NCBI GenBank assembly: GCA_047972995.1
Contig: JBKEBD010000002.1
Location: 204,330-268,329, forward strand
Source: Mangrovibacterium sp.
GTDB lineage: Bacteria; Bacteroidota; Bacteroidia; Bacteroidales; Prolixibacteraceae
Length of the DNA: 64,000 nt
Direction: 5' to 3'
In this document: piece after piece, positions 47,683-57,252 of the stretch
Numbering within the stretch: position 1 is the first letter of the stretch
Layout of the letters: each line of letters begins with the position of its first letter
Position numbers and translations under genes: made by a program
The notes under the pieces: model-generated
What the model was told of the DNA's origin: nothing
Databases searched by the model: none
The model's input: the letters and a program-made list of their open reading frames with translations, nothing else

Positions 47683-47690
47683 TATATTTG
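47683..47690 (+). promoter_or_regulatory. Possible -7 box (TATATTTG) for the suf operon
   Basis: TAnnTTTG match 145 nt upstream of the sufB ATG, implying a long leader. Confidence 0.3.
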
Positions 47691-47834
47691 CCAATTAATA
47701 AGTGAACTTGCTTGTCTTTTAGTTGTTTCAAAAACACAAGCTAAAGTGGGCAACTAATGGCACAAAAATAATTCTTGAGTCCTTTGGTTTTCCTCGTTTT
47801 AGGAGCTGAATGGTATTGAATTTAAAGCAAAGAA

Positions 47835-49280
47835 ATGGAAGAACAAGATAAAATACTACACGAAGTAGCCTCGAAGGAATACGAACATGGTTTTGTTACT
47901 GACATCGAAATGGATGTCATCGAGAAAGGACTGAGCGAAGAAGTGGTGCGCACTATATCGGCAAAGAAAAACGAGCCTGAATTTATGCTCAACTTTCGAC
48001 TAGATGCCTACCGTAAATGGCTCGAAATGCCTATGCCCGATTGGGCGTATTTGAGAATTCCACCCATAGATTTTCAAGATATTATTTATTATGCTGCACC
48101 CAAAAAGAAGGTGCAATATGAAAGCCTCGATGAGGTTGACCCTGAGTTGCTCGAAACATTCAAGAAACTCGGTGTGCCTCTCGAAGAACAAAAGATACTT
48201 GCTGGAGTGGCTGTTGATGCGGTGATTGATAGCGTGTCGGTAAAAACTACATTCAAAGAGACTTTGGCAGAAAAGGGCATCATCTTTTGCTCGTTCTCGG
48301 AAGCGGTGCAAGAGCACCCCGAATTGGTAGAAAAATACTTGGGTAAATCTGTCCCTAAGACCGATAATTACTTCGCAGCCCTAAACTCGGCTGTGTTTTC
48401 CGACGGTTCATTTTGTTACATTCCGAAGGGCGTGCGATGCCCGATGGAACTTTCCACATATTTCCGAATAAATGCAGCCAACACCGGTCAGTTTGAGCGC
48501 ACGCTCATTGTGGCCGACGATGATAGTTATGTGAGTTACTTGGAGGGCTGCACTGCTCCGATGCGCGATGAAAATCAGTTGCACGCCGCCGTGGTGGAAA
48601 TCATTGCGATGGATAGAGCCGAGGTGAAATATTCAACTGTACAAAACTGGTATCCGGGCGATAAAAACGGTGTAGGCGGGGTGTATAACTTCGTGACTAA
48701 ACGTGGCATCTGCAAAGGCGAACGCTCTAAAATTAGCTGGACGCAAGTGGAAACAGGTTCTGCCATCACTTGGAAATATCCGTCGTGCATCTTGCTGGGT
48801 GATAACTCTGTGGGTGAGTTTAACTCGGTGGCGCTCACTAGCAACCATCAGCAAGCCGACACGGGCACCAAGATGATTCACATCGGCAAGAACACCAAGA
48901 GCACCATTGTGTCGAAAGGTATTTCGGCAGGCAAAAGCGATAACTCCTATCGTGGATTGGTGAAAGTGCTTCCGAATGCCGACAATGCCCGCAACTTCTC
49001 GCAGTGCGACAGCTTGTTGCTCGGTTCGACTTGCGGGGCGCACACGTTCCCCTATATTGAGGTGAACAACCCCTCGGCACAAGTGGAACATGAAGCCACC
49101 ACCTCAAAAATTGGCGAAGATCAAATCTTCTATTGCAATCAGCGCGGCATCGACACCGAAGAAGCCATCGGCATGATTGTGAATGGTTATGCTAAAGAGG
49201 TGCTCAACAAGCTCCCTATGGAGTTTGCCGTGGAAGCCCAAAAGCTTCTCGCTATTAGTTTGGAAGGTAGTGTAGGGTAA
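47835..49280 (+). CDS. sufB: Fe-S cluster assembly scaffold protein SufB
   Basis: 481 aa with a conserved C-terminal beta-helix region ([26 protein letters not shown]...YRGLV) and [16 protein letters not shown]. Confidence 0.96.
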   Translation: MEEQDKILHEVASKEYEHGFVTDIEMDVIEKGLSEEVVRTISAKKNEPEFMLNFRLDAYRKWLEMPMPDWAYLRIPPIDFQDIIYYAAPKKKVQYESLDEVDPELLETFKKLGVPLEEQKILAGVAVDAVIDSVSVKTTFKETLAEKGIIFCSFSEAVQEHPELVEKYLGKSVPKTDNYFAALNSAVFSDGSFCYIPKGVRCPMELSTYFRINAANTGQFERTLIVADDDSYVSYLEGCTAPMRDENQLHAAVVEIIAMDRAEVKYSTVQNWYPGDKNGVGGVYNFVTKRGICKGERSKISWTQVETGSAITWKYPSCILLGDNSVGEFNSVALTSNHQQADTGTKMIHIGKNTKSTIVSKGISAGKSDNSYRGLVKVLPNADNARNFSQCDSLLLGSTCGAHTFPYIEVNNPSAQVEHEATTSKIGEDQIFYCNQRGIDTEEAIGMIVNGYAKEVLNKLPMEFAVEAQKLLAISLEGSVG

Positions 49281-49341
49281 GCTAATTTGTGGATGAACGG
49301 ATTAAAGAGTTAACAAGATAGCATACAAGAATAATTTACTA

Positions 49342-49373
49342 AGCCCTCCCCCTTTGGGGAGTTAGAGGGGGCT
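49342..49373. repeat. REP-like palindrome, copy 2 (core GGGAGTTAGAGGG), in the sufB-sufC spacer
   Basis: AGCCCTCCCCCTTTGGGGAGTTAGAGGGGGCT has an inner stem CTCCCC/GGGGAG and a competing outer stem AGCCCTC/GGGGGCT. It aligns with the reverse complement of 18078-18118. Confidence 0.6.
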
Positions 49374-49387
49374 AAAATATAAATACC

Positions 49388-50137
49388 ATGTTAAAGATAA
49401 AAGACTTAAAAGCCTCGATTGAGGGGAATCAGATATTAAAAGGCTTGAACTTAGAAATCAAGCCGGGCGAGGTGCATGCTATTATGGGTCCGAATGGAGC
49501 AGGGAAAAGCACCTTGAGCAATGTGCTTACAGGTCGTGAAGACTATGAAGTAGATGGCGGTTCGGTGGAATTCTTAGGCAAAGACCTTTTAGCTCTTTCG
49601 CCAGAAGACAGAGCACGCATGGGGCTTTTCATGAGCTTCCAATATCCGGTGGAAATTCCGGGTGTGCCTATGGTCAACTTCATTAAGGCGGCACTCAATG
49701 AAAAACGCAAATTTCACGGCGAAGAACCTATCAGTGGAAAAGATTTCCTAGCTCTAATGCGCGAAAAAAGAGAAATGCTCAGTCTCGATTCAACCCTTAC
49801 CAATCGTGCTGTGAACGAGGGTTTTTCGGGTGGTGAGAAAAAGAAAAATGAAATCTTTCAAATGGCAATGCTTGAACCAAGTTTGGCAATCCTCGATGAA
49901 ACTGATTCAGGTCTAGACATCGATGCCTTGCGTATTGTGGCGGAAGGAGTTAATGCACAGAAAAGCCCAGAGCGTTCAACCATTGTAATTACGCACTACC
50001 AACGCCTGTTAGATTACATTGTGCCCGACTTTGTGCATGTGCTATATAAAGGCAGAATTGTGAAAAGTGGTGGCAAAGAGTTAGCTCTTGAGTTGGAAGA
50101 AAAAGGCTACGATTGGATTAAAGACGAATTGAAATAA
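49388..50137 (+). CDS. sufC: Fe-S cluster assembly ATPase SufC
   Basis: 249 aa with Walker A GPNGAGKST, signature FSGGEKKK and Walker B AILDETDSGLD. Confidence 0.96.
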   Translation: MLKIKDLKASIEGNQILKGLNLEIKPGEVHAIMGPNGAGKSTLSNVLTGREDYEVDGGSVEFLGKDLLALSPEDRARMGLFMSFQYPVEIPGVPMVNFIKAALNEKRKFHGEEPISGKDFLALMREKREMLSLDSTLTNRAVNEGFSGGEKKKNEIFQMAMLEPSLAILDETDSGLDIDALRIVAEGVNAQKSPERSTIVITHYQRLLDYIVPDFVHVLYKGRIVKSGGKELALELEEKGYDWIKDELK

Positions 50138-50201
50138 TCGGGTAGTGCTTGTGCAACGCACGCTTGCCAATACCCAATCTCTAATCCCTAATCTCACAAA
50201 G

Positions 50202-51518
50202 ATGATAGAAACTTCAAAATATAACAATGCACTAACCGCAAATCTAGTAAAGCTCTACGAGGAGTATAAAGCGCAGATTTGGAATTTATCGAGCGATGCG
50301 CTTAATAACTTTCGCGCAGATGCTTTGGTAAAGTTTAGTAAGTTAGGCGTTCCTTCCTTTAAAAATGAAGATTATAAATACACACGCATTGACAAGGTAA
50401 TAAGCCCCGACTTAAGCATTGCCGGGATTGCAGATTGCTGTTCTGCAGAGCCAAGTTTTCCTTCGTTGGAAGCTCATCAAATGGTGTTTTGCAATGGTGT
50501 TTATGGCACGCGAGAGGTGAAAGAGGATTTGCCCGAAGGCGTGGTGCTAACAAGCTTGAAACAAGCGGCGAAGCAATACCCGGAATTGCTAAAAAAATAT
50601 TATAATACCTTAACGTCAGCATCAGCCGATGCTATGGTGGCTTTCAACACAATGCTAGCTTTCGATGGGCTATTTGTATATATCCCTGAGGGAGTGCAAT
50701 TAGAGATGCCCATTCAAATTTCTATCAGTGCGTGTGGAAAACTTGCGCAAGTGGCTTCGCAGCGCAATTTGGTGGTATTAGAAAAAGGAGCTAAAGCCAC
50801 AATTCTGTTTGAAGAACATAACCGACACAACAGTAGCTCAATGCTCAATGTGGTAACAGAGTATGTGGTGAACGATGAAGCAGAGTTGAATGTAAATATC
50901 ATTCAAGACTTCTTGTCGAATTTTTTAGCTATCGATTCGCAATTCTACCGTTTGGCAGAAAATGCACAGGCACATCAAACCTTGGTTTCACTCAACGCAG
51001 GTGTAACTAGAAATAATCTTAAAGTAGATTTGCAAGGTGAAAATGCCGAAATGACCATGAACGGAATGTCAATCTTGAACAACAAACAGCACGTAGATAA
51101 CTTTACAAGCATTACCCACGCCGTGCCAAACTGCTTGAGTAATCAGCTGTATAAAAATGTGCTCGATGGCGAGTCTTCAGGAGCTTTCTCTGGGCGCATT
51201 AAAGTGGTGCGCGATGCCCAAAAGACCAATGCATTCCAACGAAATAACAATGTTCTGCTTTCGAAAGAAGCCAAAATGAACACCAAACCACAGCTTATCA
51301 TCGATGCCGACGACGTGAAATGTTCGCACGGAGCCACAGTGGGGCAAATAGATGAAGAAGTCTTGTTCTATATGCAAGCCAGAGGCATTGGAGCTCGACA
51401 AGCTCGCATGATGCTCATGAAGGCTTTCTGTCATGAAGTGATTCAAGAAATCAGAAACGAGTTCATTCGCGACATCATAACCGAGTTGGCAGAAGTGAAA
51501 CTCAATAAAGCTAACTAA
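50202..51518 (+). CDS. sufD: Fe-S cluster assembly protein SufD
   Basis: SufB/D beta-helix C-terminal region (QLIIDADDVKCSHGATVGQIDEEVLFYMQARGI). The ATG at 50202 is preferred over the upstream alternative start. Confidence 0.92.
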   Translation: MIETSKYNNALTANLVKLYEEYKAQIWNLSSDALNNFRADALVKFSKLGVPSFKNEDYKYTRIDKVISPDLSIAGIADCCSAEPSFPSLEAHQMVFCNGVYGTREVKEDLPEGVVLTSLKQAAKQYPELLKKYYNTLTSASADAMVAFNTMLAFDGLFVYIPEGVQLEMPIQISISACGKLAQVASQRNLVVLEKGAKATILFEEHNRHNSSSMLNVVTEYVVNDEAELNVNIIQDFLSNFLAIDSQFYRLAENAQAHQTLVSLNAGVTRNNLKVDLQGENAEMTMNGMSILNNKQHVDNFTSITHAVPNCLSNQLYKNVLDGESSGAFSGRIKVVRDAQKTNAFQRNNNVLLSKEAKMNTKPQLIIDADDVKCSHGATVGQIDEEVLFYMQARGIGARQARMMLMKAFCHEVIQEIRNEFIRDIITELAEVKLNKAN

Positions 51519-51542
51519 CATATGTTAGTGCATCAACTTGAA

Positions 51543-51571
51543 ATACCCGCCCTTGAGGTGGGTATTTTTTT
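51543..51571 (+). terminator. Rho-independent terminator of the suf operon
   Basis: ATACCCGCC / GGTGGGTAT 9-bp stem (1 G-U pair) followed by T7. Confidence 0.8.
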
Positions 51572-51683
51572 GCTATAAACTCAGCCCTACCCATAGCAAT
51601 TGGTAGATTTTTTATGAGCTCATGGGTTTTCCATTCTGTAATTCGGCTTAAATCCGTACTTTTGAGCTATTAATTCAAACAAT

Positions 51684-52145
51684 ATGAGAAAAATACTCGT
51701 CTATTTGGTGCTTTTATTAAGCTTTGCAGCTTGCGAGGAAGTTTATCAAATTCCCCCACAGTCGCAGGTGCAAATAAATTTTTATAGCGCAGAAACCGAA
51801 AGTAGCACTTCAACTTTGCTTTCAATTAAAGGAGTGGACAATGATAGCATTTGGACCTCAGGCACTACCACAAGTAGCTTTGTGCTTCCTCTGGGCACTT
51901 CGGGCACCGATGAGTTTGTCATGCTCATGGATTCGGTGGCCGATACTTTGCAAATAAACTACACGCCGATACTCAACTATGAGTCGATGGCAACGGGTTT
52001 TTACTACGACTATCACATTCATTCTGTGCAAAGCACAGCACATAAAATTGACGCTCTTTTATTAATTGACACTCTTGTAATCGATATAGCTCATGAAAAT
52101 ATTCAGATATTTCTTAACGATAGTATTGGCGGCACTACTAACTAA
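51684..52145 (+). CDS. Small lipoprotein of unknown function
   Basis: 153 aa with lipobox LLSFAAC and a beta-rich body. It overlaps the next gene by 53 nt. Confidence 0.65.
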   Translation: MRKILVYLVLLLSFAACEEVYQIPPQSQVQINFYSAETESSTSTLLSIKGVDNDSIWTSGTTTSSFVLPLGTSGTDEFVMLMDSVADTLQINYTPILNYESMATGFYYDYHIHSVQSTAHKIDALLLIDTLVIDIAHENIQIFLNDSIGGTTN

Positions 52146-52824
52146 CGCACAGGCGGAAGAGAAAAAGCCACCTAAAGCTGAAAAGTATTGGCATGAAACA
52201 GGATTGCGATTGGGAGCAGATATTACCCGTCCTTTCCAAAGTCTGTGGACTAAAGGCAATCGCTGGGGTGGTGAAGTTTCTGCCGATTTAGAAGTCAGTC
52301 CCGATGTGTTTGTAGTGGCAGAAGGAGGTTGGGAAACATTCGACATGAAACAACCTCATGTAGATTACTCAAGCAATGGCGCCTATCTTCGCTTGGGGGT
52401 AGACTACAACCTGCTTCATGTGCCAACCGAACACAACGACAAAAGTACGCTATATGTGGGCGCACGCTATGGCTTTGGACCATCGGTGCAAACCGTAAAT
52501 AGCTATACAATAGATAATTATTGGCAAACCTTTGAGGAAAGCTTTCCAAGGCAAAACTATTTCTCCCATTGGGGTGAATTTGTTTTTGGCATGAAAACCG
52601 AAGTGCTTAAAAACTTTTATCTGGGATGGAGTATCCGAGTGAAATTCATGTTGGGGCAAAGTGGCGACGATATGCCTCCGGCTTACTTTGCTGCCGGATA
52701 TGGCACAAATGACACCGGGGCTAACTTCGACTTCAACTACAGCTTGATGTATAGTTTGCCTTATAACCTAGGAAAACGATTTTCAGCAGAAGAGAAAGCC
52801 GAATTGAAAGCCGCGAAAAAATAA
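52093..52824 (+). CDS. Putative outer-membrane beta-barrel protein of unknown function
   Basis: 243 aa with signal peptide MKIFRYFLTIVLAALLTNAQA and alternating aromatic/hydrophilic strands (YLRLGVDYN, LYVGARYGF, FYLGWSIRVKF). Confidence 0.65.
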   Translation: MKIFRYFLTIVLAALLTNAQAEEKKPPKAEKYWHETGLRLGADITRPFQSLWTKGNRWGGEVSADLEVSPDVFVVAEGGWETFDMKQPHVDYSSNGAYLRLGVDYNLLHVPTEHNDKSTLYVGARYGFGPSVQTVNSYTIDNYWQTFEESFPRQNYFSHWGEFVFGMKTEVLKNFYLGWSIRVKFMLGQSGDDMPPAYFAAGYGTNDTGANFDFNYSLMYSLPYNLGKRFSAEEKAELKAAKK

Positions 52825-52863
52825 GTCAAACGTGGTGACTCGTCGCCTAAAAACAATTACTTT

Positions 52864-54195
52864 ATGCAGATACTAATACATAATGCCATTGTGGTTAATG
52901 AAGGGCGCCAGTTTAAAGGTGGCGTGATTGTAGAGGGAGAAAAAATCCATCGTGTTTTTGAGGGTGATATGCCTGTGGGCAAATTTGCCGAAATCATCGA
53001 TGCTGAAGGCAAGTTCTTAATGCCCGGTGTAATTGATGATCAGGTGCATTTCCGTGAGCCGGGATTAACGCACAAAGGCGATATTCAAAGCGAGTCGCGC
53101 GCAGCATTGGCTGGAGGTGTTACCTCTTACATGGAGATGCCAAACACCACACCGCAAGCCACCACGCTAGAGGAGTTAGAAAAGAAATATGCGAGAGCTG
53201 CGGAAGTGTCGGCAGTGAACTATTCGTTTTATTTAGGAGCTACCAATGATAATATGCAAGAGGTGGAACGCATGAACCCACGTCAGGTTTGTGGCTTGAA
53301 AGTATTTATGGGTTCTTCAACAGGAAATATGCTTGTTGATAAAGACCAAGCACTAGCTGATATTTTTCAGAATGCCCCATCGATAGTAACTACCCATTGC
53401 GAAGATGAAACCATTATTCGCAAAAACATGGATGAATTTCAAGCCAAATATGGCGACAATATGCCTATTGGTATGCACGCGAAAATTCGAAATGCTGAAG
53501 CTTGCTACAAATCTTCGGCACGAGCGGTAGAGTTGGCAGCCAGATATGGCACGCGTTTGCACGTGCTGCACTTGTCGTCGGCAAAGGAGATGAGCTTGTT
53601 TGAACCGGGCAACGTGAAAGATAAGCACATTACAGCAGAAGTGTGTGTGCACCACTTGTGGTTCGATAAGTCAGACTATGAAAAATATGGAACTCGCATT
53701 AAGTGGAACCCCGCTATTAAGTCGGCTGCCGATAGAAATGAGCTTTGGAAAGCCTTGCGCGATAATCGCATTGATGTGGTGGCTACCGATCATGCACCGC
53801 ACACCCAAGAGGAAAAAAACAATAACTATTGGAAAGCCCCATCGGGTGGTCCTTTAGTGCAACATTCGCTTGTGGCAATGCTAGAGTTGGGCAAGCAAAA
53901 TAATTTCAGCGTAGAACGAGTGGTGGAGAGGATGTGCCATGCGCCAGCCGAATTGTATCGGGTGGAAAATAGAGGTTTCATTAGAGCAGGTTATTATGCC
54001 GATTTAGTTTTGGTTAACCCCAAGTCGGAATGGACAGTGAGCAAAGAGAATATTGCCTATAAATGCCAGTGGTCGCCTTTTGAAGGAACGAGCTTCTCGC
54101 ATGAAATTGACACGGTATTTGTGAATGGTCAAATAGGTTACCGCCAATCAGAATTTTTCCCCACAAAGGCTAAGCGATTGACTTTCGATTGGTAA
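52864..54195 (+). CDS. pyrC: Dihydroorotase (amidohydrolase, long type)
   Basis: 443 aa with metal ligands in PGVIDDQVHFREPG, HCED and ATDHAPH. Confidence 0.9.
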   Translation: MQILIHNAIVVNEGRQFKGGVIVEGEKIHRVFEGDMPVGKFAEIIDAEGKFLMPGVIDDQVHFREPGLTHKGDIQSESRAALAGGVTSYMEMPNTTPQATTLEELEKKYARAAEVSAVNYSFYLGATNDNMQEVERMNPRQVCGLKVFMGSSTGNMLVDKDQALADIFQNAPSIVTTHCEDETIIRKNMDEFQAKYGDNMPIGMHAKIRNAEACYKSSARAVELAARYGTRLHVLHLSSAKEMSLFEPGNVKDKHITAEVCVHHLWFDKSDYEKYGTRIKWNPAIKSAADRNELWKALRDNRIDVVATDHAPHTQEEKNNNYWKAPSGGPLVQHSLVAMLELGKQNNFSVERVVERMCHAPAELYRVENRGFIRAGYYADLVLVNPKSEWTVSKENIAYKCQWSPFEGTSFSHEIDTVFVNGQIGYRQSEFFPTKAKRLTFDW

Positions 54196-54295
54196 ATCTA
54201 AGATTTAATAAAAACTTAGTCGGATTTTAGGAAAAAGTTTATAGCTCTTTAGAAAAAGCTTGTTACATTTGGACTTGAAATAAAAAAATAGAATA

Positions 54296-55216
54296 ATGAA
54301 AGTAACTGTTGTTGGTGCAGGAGCTGTAGGGGCTAGCTGTGCCGAGTATATTGCAATTAAAAATTTTGCAGCAGAGGTTTGTATCGTTGATATTAAAGAA
54401 GGTTTGGCTGAAGGAAAAGCCATGGATTTGATGCAAACAGCTTCGTTGAATGGCTTCGATACTGAAATTAAAGGAGCAACCAATGATTACACCATCACTG
54501 CGGGTAGCGATGTAGCTGTAATTACAAGTGGTATTCCAAGAAAACCGGGAATGACTCGCGAGGAGTTGATTGGCATTAATGCAGGTATTGTGAAAACAGT
54601 GTCTGAAAACCTAATCAAACATTCTCCAAATGTAATTATCATTGTGGTAAGTAATCCAATGGATACTATGGCTTATTTAGCTCACCAATCAACAGGTTTA
54701 CCTAAAAACCGCATCATTGGTATGGGCGGTGCGCTTGATAGTGCTCGTTTCCGTTTCCGTTTGGCTGAAGCTATTGGCTGTCCACAGTCTAATATTTCTG
54801 CCATGGTAATTGGTGCGCATTCTGATACGGGTATGGTGCCTTTAATTGACCGTGCAGTATGTAATAGTATTCTTGTTTCTGCTTTCTTGAGCGAAGAAAA
54901 AATGGCTGAAGTAGTTGAGGCTACCAAAGTAGGAGGTGCTACATTAACCGGATTGCTAGGAACAAGCGCTTGGTATGCACCAGGAGCTGCGGTTTCTGAA
55001 ATAGTGCAAGCTATTGCTTTAGATTCAAAGAAAGTATTGGCTTGTTCGGCATTGCTTGACGGCGAGTATGGCATGAATGGTATTTCTTTCGGTGTGCCTT
55101 GTGTAATTGGTGCTAATGGTATCGAGAAAATTGTAGAATTTGAATTGTCATCTGCTGAAACAGCAAAAATGGAAGAAGCAGCAACGGTTGTTCGTGCGGT
55201 AAACGCATTGCTATAA
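54296..55216 (+). CDS. mdh: Malate dehydrogenase (LDH-like, NAD-dependent)
   Basis: Motifs MKVTVVGAGAVG, substrate Arg GIPRKPGMTREEL, NPMD and catalytic His in IGAHSDT. Confidence 0.93.
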   Translation: MKVTVVGAGAVGASCAEYIAIKNFAAEVCIVDIKEGLAEGKAMDLMQTASLNGFDTEIKGATNDYTITAGSDVAVITSGIPRKPGMTREELIGINAGIVKTVSENLIKHSPNVIIIVVSNPMDTMAYLAHQSTGLPKNRIIGMGGALDSARFRFRLAEAIGCPQSNISAMVIGAHSDTGMVPLIDRAVCNSILVSAFLSEEKMAEVVEATKVGGATLTGLLGTSAWYAPGAAVSEIVQAIALDSKKVLACSALLDGEYGMNGISFGVPCVIGANGIEKIVEFELSSAETAKMEEAATVVRAVNALL

Positions 55217-55260
55217 TAGAATCAGCTTCTGTAATAAGACAACACCTAAAAATATAAAGT

Positions 55261-55290
55261 TCGAAAGTAATCCTTTCGGGCTTTTTTTTT
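55261..55290 (+). terminator. Rho-independent terminator of mdh
   Basis: CGAAAG-TAATC-CTTTCG hairpin followed by GGC plus T9. Confidence 0.8.
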
Positions 55291-55446
55291 GTTCCAATTT
55301 AAGGAGATAGGCGTTTGGAATGGTATTTGTGTCAAGGAATGTAGTGTGCAGCACCCTATGTTTGGAATGAGGCGCTGCTATTGATGAATAAATAAAAACA
55401 ATCTCTCCCCTTGTTCTTTGAGGGGTGAACTAAAAAAAGTGAAGTG

Positions 55447-55956
55447 ATGAAACAAATATTATTAGCAATTGTGCTTGTGCTCGGAGGAATGTCAGTACAA
55501 GCGCAGAAATTGAGTAGAAAAGAGCGAGAAGCTATTCAAAGCCAAGAGGTGAAAGCGCAATTAGATAGTGGTGTGTTTACTTTTGAGGCTCGAAGTGCGC
55601 AGCCCATGTCGGGGCGACAAATTGAATTAACATCAGAATATACGCTGAGTTTGAATGGCGATAGCATTGAGGTTTATTTGCCTTATTTTGGTAGGGCTTA
55701 TTCGGCTCCTTACGGAGGGCAAGGAGGTATTGAGTTTAAAACGCTGATGGTGTCGAACAAAAAAATCTATAAAGAGAAGAAGTCGTGTTATCAATATGAT
55801 ATAGAGGTGGCAACTTCAGATGATAGATACAGCTTACAGCTTACAGTGGGTTTGTCGGGCTTTGCAAATCTTTCGGTAAGGAGTAATAATAGGCAGTCAA
55901 TTGGGTTTCAGGGTACAATTCTGCTAGAGGAAACAACGGAGGATGTATCTAAATGA
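55447..55956 (+). CDS. Secreted protein of unknown function (possibly DUF4251-like)
   Basis: Signal peptide MKQILLAIVLVLGGMSVQAQ and two internally similar beta-rich halves. The family assignment is from memory only. Confidence 0.6.
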   Translation: MKQILLAIVLVLGGMSVQAQKLSRKEREAIQSQEVKAQLDSGVFTFEARSAQPMSGRQIELTSEYTLSLNGDSIEVYLPYFGRAYSAPYGGQGGIEFKTLMVSNKKIYKEKKSCYQYDIEVATSDDRYSLQLTVGLSGFANLSVRSNNRQSIGFQGTILLEETTEDVSK

Positions 55957-56222
55957 TACTTGAAAAATGTCTTTGTTTCAGAAAACAGATATTTTTAAAC
56001 GGCAATGGGTTTCTTTTCGAGGGGGTGTTGTTTGAAAAATATATTTTTTACGATGTGGGGTGTTTTTGTTTGGGGTATTTCTGTTGGAAAGTGTGTAATG
56101 TAAACTTTCTATTAAGACTACTACCTGTTTTTTTGGTAAATGTTTGGTGAAGTGTCAGAATGTTATATATTAGCGGAGTATTTGCAAGGAAATAGTATTT
56201 ATAATAGATAAAATCTTACACA

Positions 56223-57236
56223 ATGAAAACAAAATTAGAGTACATTTGGTTAGATGGCTGTAAGCCACAACAAGGAATGCGTTCAAAAACAAGAATTGCA
56301 GAAAATTTCAGTGGTAAATTGGAAGATTGTCCGGTATGGTCATTCGATGGTTCTTCAACTCAGCAAGCGGGTGGTGGTTCATCTGACCTATTGTTGAAAC
56401 CTGTTTTCATTTGTAAAGATCCAGCTCGTAAAGATGCGTATTTGGTAATGACAGAGGTTTTGCTTCCTGACGGAACGCCACACCCTACTAACGGTCGTGC
56501 TAAAATTGCTGATGGAAATGAAGATTTCTGGTTCGGATATGAGCAAGAATATTTCCTATATGATATGGATACGCATATGCCTCTAGGTTTTCCTATGAAC
56601 GGCTATCCAGCTCCTCAAGGACCATACTATTGTGGTGTAGGTGCAAAAAGTGCTTTCGGTCGTGAAATCGTGGAAGAACATTTCGATATTTGTTTGGAAG
56701 CAGGTTTGAATGTAGAAGGTATCAATGCAGAAGTAGCTTGCGGTCAGTGGGAATATCAAATCTTTGCTAAAGGTCCATTCTCAGCAGGCGATCAGATTTG
56801 GGTTTCTCGTTATCTATTGGAAAGAACTTGTGAAAAATATGGTGTGTATGTAGAGTGGCACCCAAAACCACTTGGAAAAGACCTTGACTGGAACGGTTCG
56901 GGTATGCACGCTAACTTCTCGAATGCCGATATGCGTGATAAAGGTGGTGAAGCTATGTTTAAAGCCATCTGTGAAGAATTTGGAAAATACGTGCCAGAGC
57001 ATATTGCGGTGTACGGTGCATATAACGATCAACGTTTGACAGGTAAACACGAAACAGCTTCTATTCATGATTTCAGCTATGGTGTTTCTGATCGTGGTTC
57101 TTCAATCCGTATTCCTATCGGTACTGTGGAAGATGGTTGGAAGGGTAGAATGGAAGACCGTCGTCCTTCTTCAAATGGTTGTCCTTACGAAATTTCAGCT
57201 ATTATCATCGACACAACAAACAAAGCAAAGTATTAA
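56223..57236 (+). CDS. glnII: Glutamine synthetase type II (GSII, eukaryote-like short form)
   Basis: 337 aa with MKTKLEYIWLDG...WSFDGSSTQQA...FGYEQEYFL...NGSGMHANFS...DRRPSSNGCPY, colinear with GlnII-type enzymes. Confidence 0.9.
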   Translation: MKTKLEYIWLDGCKPQQGMRSKTRIAENFSGKLEDCPVWSFDGSSTQQAGGGSSDLLLKPVFICKDPARKDAYLVMTEVLLPDGTPHPTNGRAKIADGNEDFWFGYEQEYFLYDMDTHMPLGFPMNGYPAPQGPYYCGVGAKSAFGREIVEEHFDICLEAGLNVEGINAEVACGQWEYQIFAKGPFSAGDQIWVSRYLLERTCEKYGVYVEWHPKPLGKDLDWNGSGMHANFSNADMRDKGGEAMFKAICEEFGKYVPEHIAVYGAYNDQRLTGKHETASIHDFSYGVSDRGSSIRIPIGTVEDGWKGRMEDRRPSSNGCPYEISAIIIDTTNKAKY

Positions 57237-57252
57237 TCTGAGCAGCGCAGGT

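Noticed and set aside
55953-56150. 65-aa ORF after the DUF4251-like gene.
   Set aside because: The G/T-rich low-complexity DNA gives a Phe/Leu/Cys/Gly-rich translation. It overlaps the upstream stop and has no expression signals.
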